Positions 63,775 through 64,000 of a DNA stretch of 64,000 nt are shown piece after piece. The notes beneath the pieces were generated by a model. The model did not search any database, was not told the DNA's origin, and was given only the letters and a program-made list of their open reading frames with translations. Position 1 is the first letter of the stretch. Every line of letters begins with the position of its first letter. The position numbers and the translations under genes were made by a program. The stretch lies in the NCBI RefSeq assembly GCF_964204645.1, contig NC_134031.1:11100088-11164087 (forward strand). Reading direction: 5' to 3'. The DNA comes from Tubulanus polymorphus. Its lineage: Eukaryota > Animalia > Nemertea.

Positions 63775-64000
63775 ATGAATATAACTGTCGGACCGAGTAT
63801 ATGTTTTGGATTTGATTTTAAACGTGAGAAAGAAATGAAATTTAACGTTAATGATGTAATTACACATATTAAAAATATTGCATTTTCTAATGAAACAACA
63901 TTTGAGTATGAAACAACAATTGATAAAGAAACTTTTAATGTAGAAAAGATTACTGAGTCTTTAAGATTTTACGAATTAGATGAAGATTTTATCATATATG
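63775..64000 (+). CDS. hypothetical protein (MNITVGPSICFGFDF), runs off the window
   Basis: homolog 23113-23466. Confidence 0.75.
   Translation, partial: MNITVGPSICFGFDFKREKEMKFNVNDVITHIKNIAFSNETTFEYETTIDKETFNVEKITESLRFYELDEDFIIY

Larger units (their letters stand above)
58228..64000 (+). mobile_element. Polinton family A copy 5, left end, continues beyond the window
   Basis: terminal hairpin, pPolB, small ORF, penton. Confidence 0.92.

Noticed and set aside
1-64000. Window is part of a giant virus or poxvirus genome
   Set aside because: No NCLDV core genes (RNA polymerase, D5, RNA-primed PolB); host-type repeats, spliceosomal introns and extensive pseudogenisation point to a cellular chromosome

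Overview
AT-rich eukaryotic (probably invertebrate animal) region that is almost entirely a nested cluster of endogenous Polinton/Maverick (adintovirus-like) elements, with a few host repeats in between. Three lineages are visible. Family A has five or so degraded or partial copies (1-11293; 12282-14630 plus 30752-31450; 32985-34381; 37898-50510; 58228->64000) and long fold-back hairpin termini. Family B is one full-length 16.1-kb element (14631-30751) with ~60-bp TIRs and a 6-bp AATATT target-site duplication, inserted inside a family A gene. Family C is a truncated element starting at 51100 with a CRE/ETS/YY1/E2F array, a RING-repeat gene and a spliced tandem-PC4 gene. Core genes of A and B: protein-primed PolB, rve integrase with chromodomain, A32-like packaging ATPase, major capsid protein, penton and several membrane proteins. 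Three features stand out: (1) family B pPolB carries a LAGLIDADG intein in the catalytic YFD^TDS motif that resembles the Mimivirus PolB intein as I recall it, while family A pPolBs have the empty site; (2) almost every A/B gene starts in TAAATG, often behind a T-tract, which is the poxvirus late-promoter consensus; (3) family B encodes a zinc-finger protein ending in a poxvirus VLTF-3 (A2)-like domain. Together these suggest an integrated, virophage-like hyperparasite of a poxvirus or other large cytoplasmic DNA virus. All homology calls are from motif recognition and memory, not from database searches.
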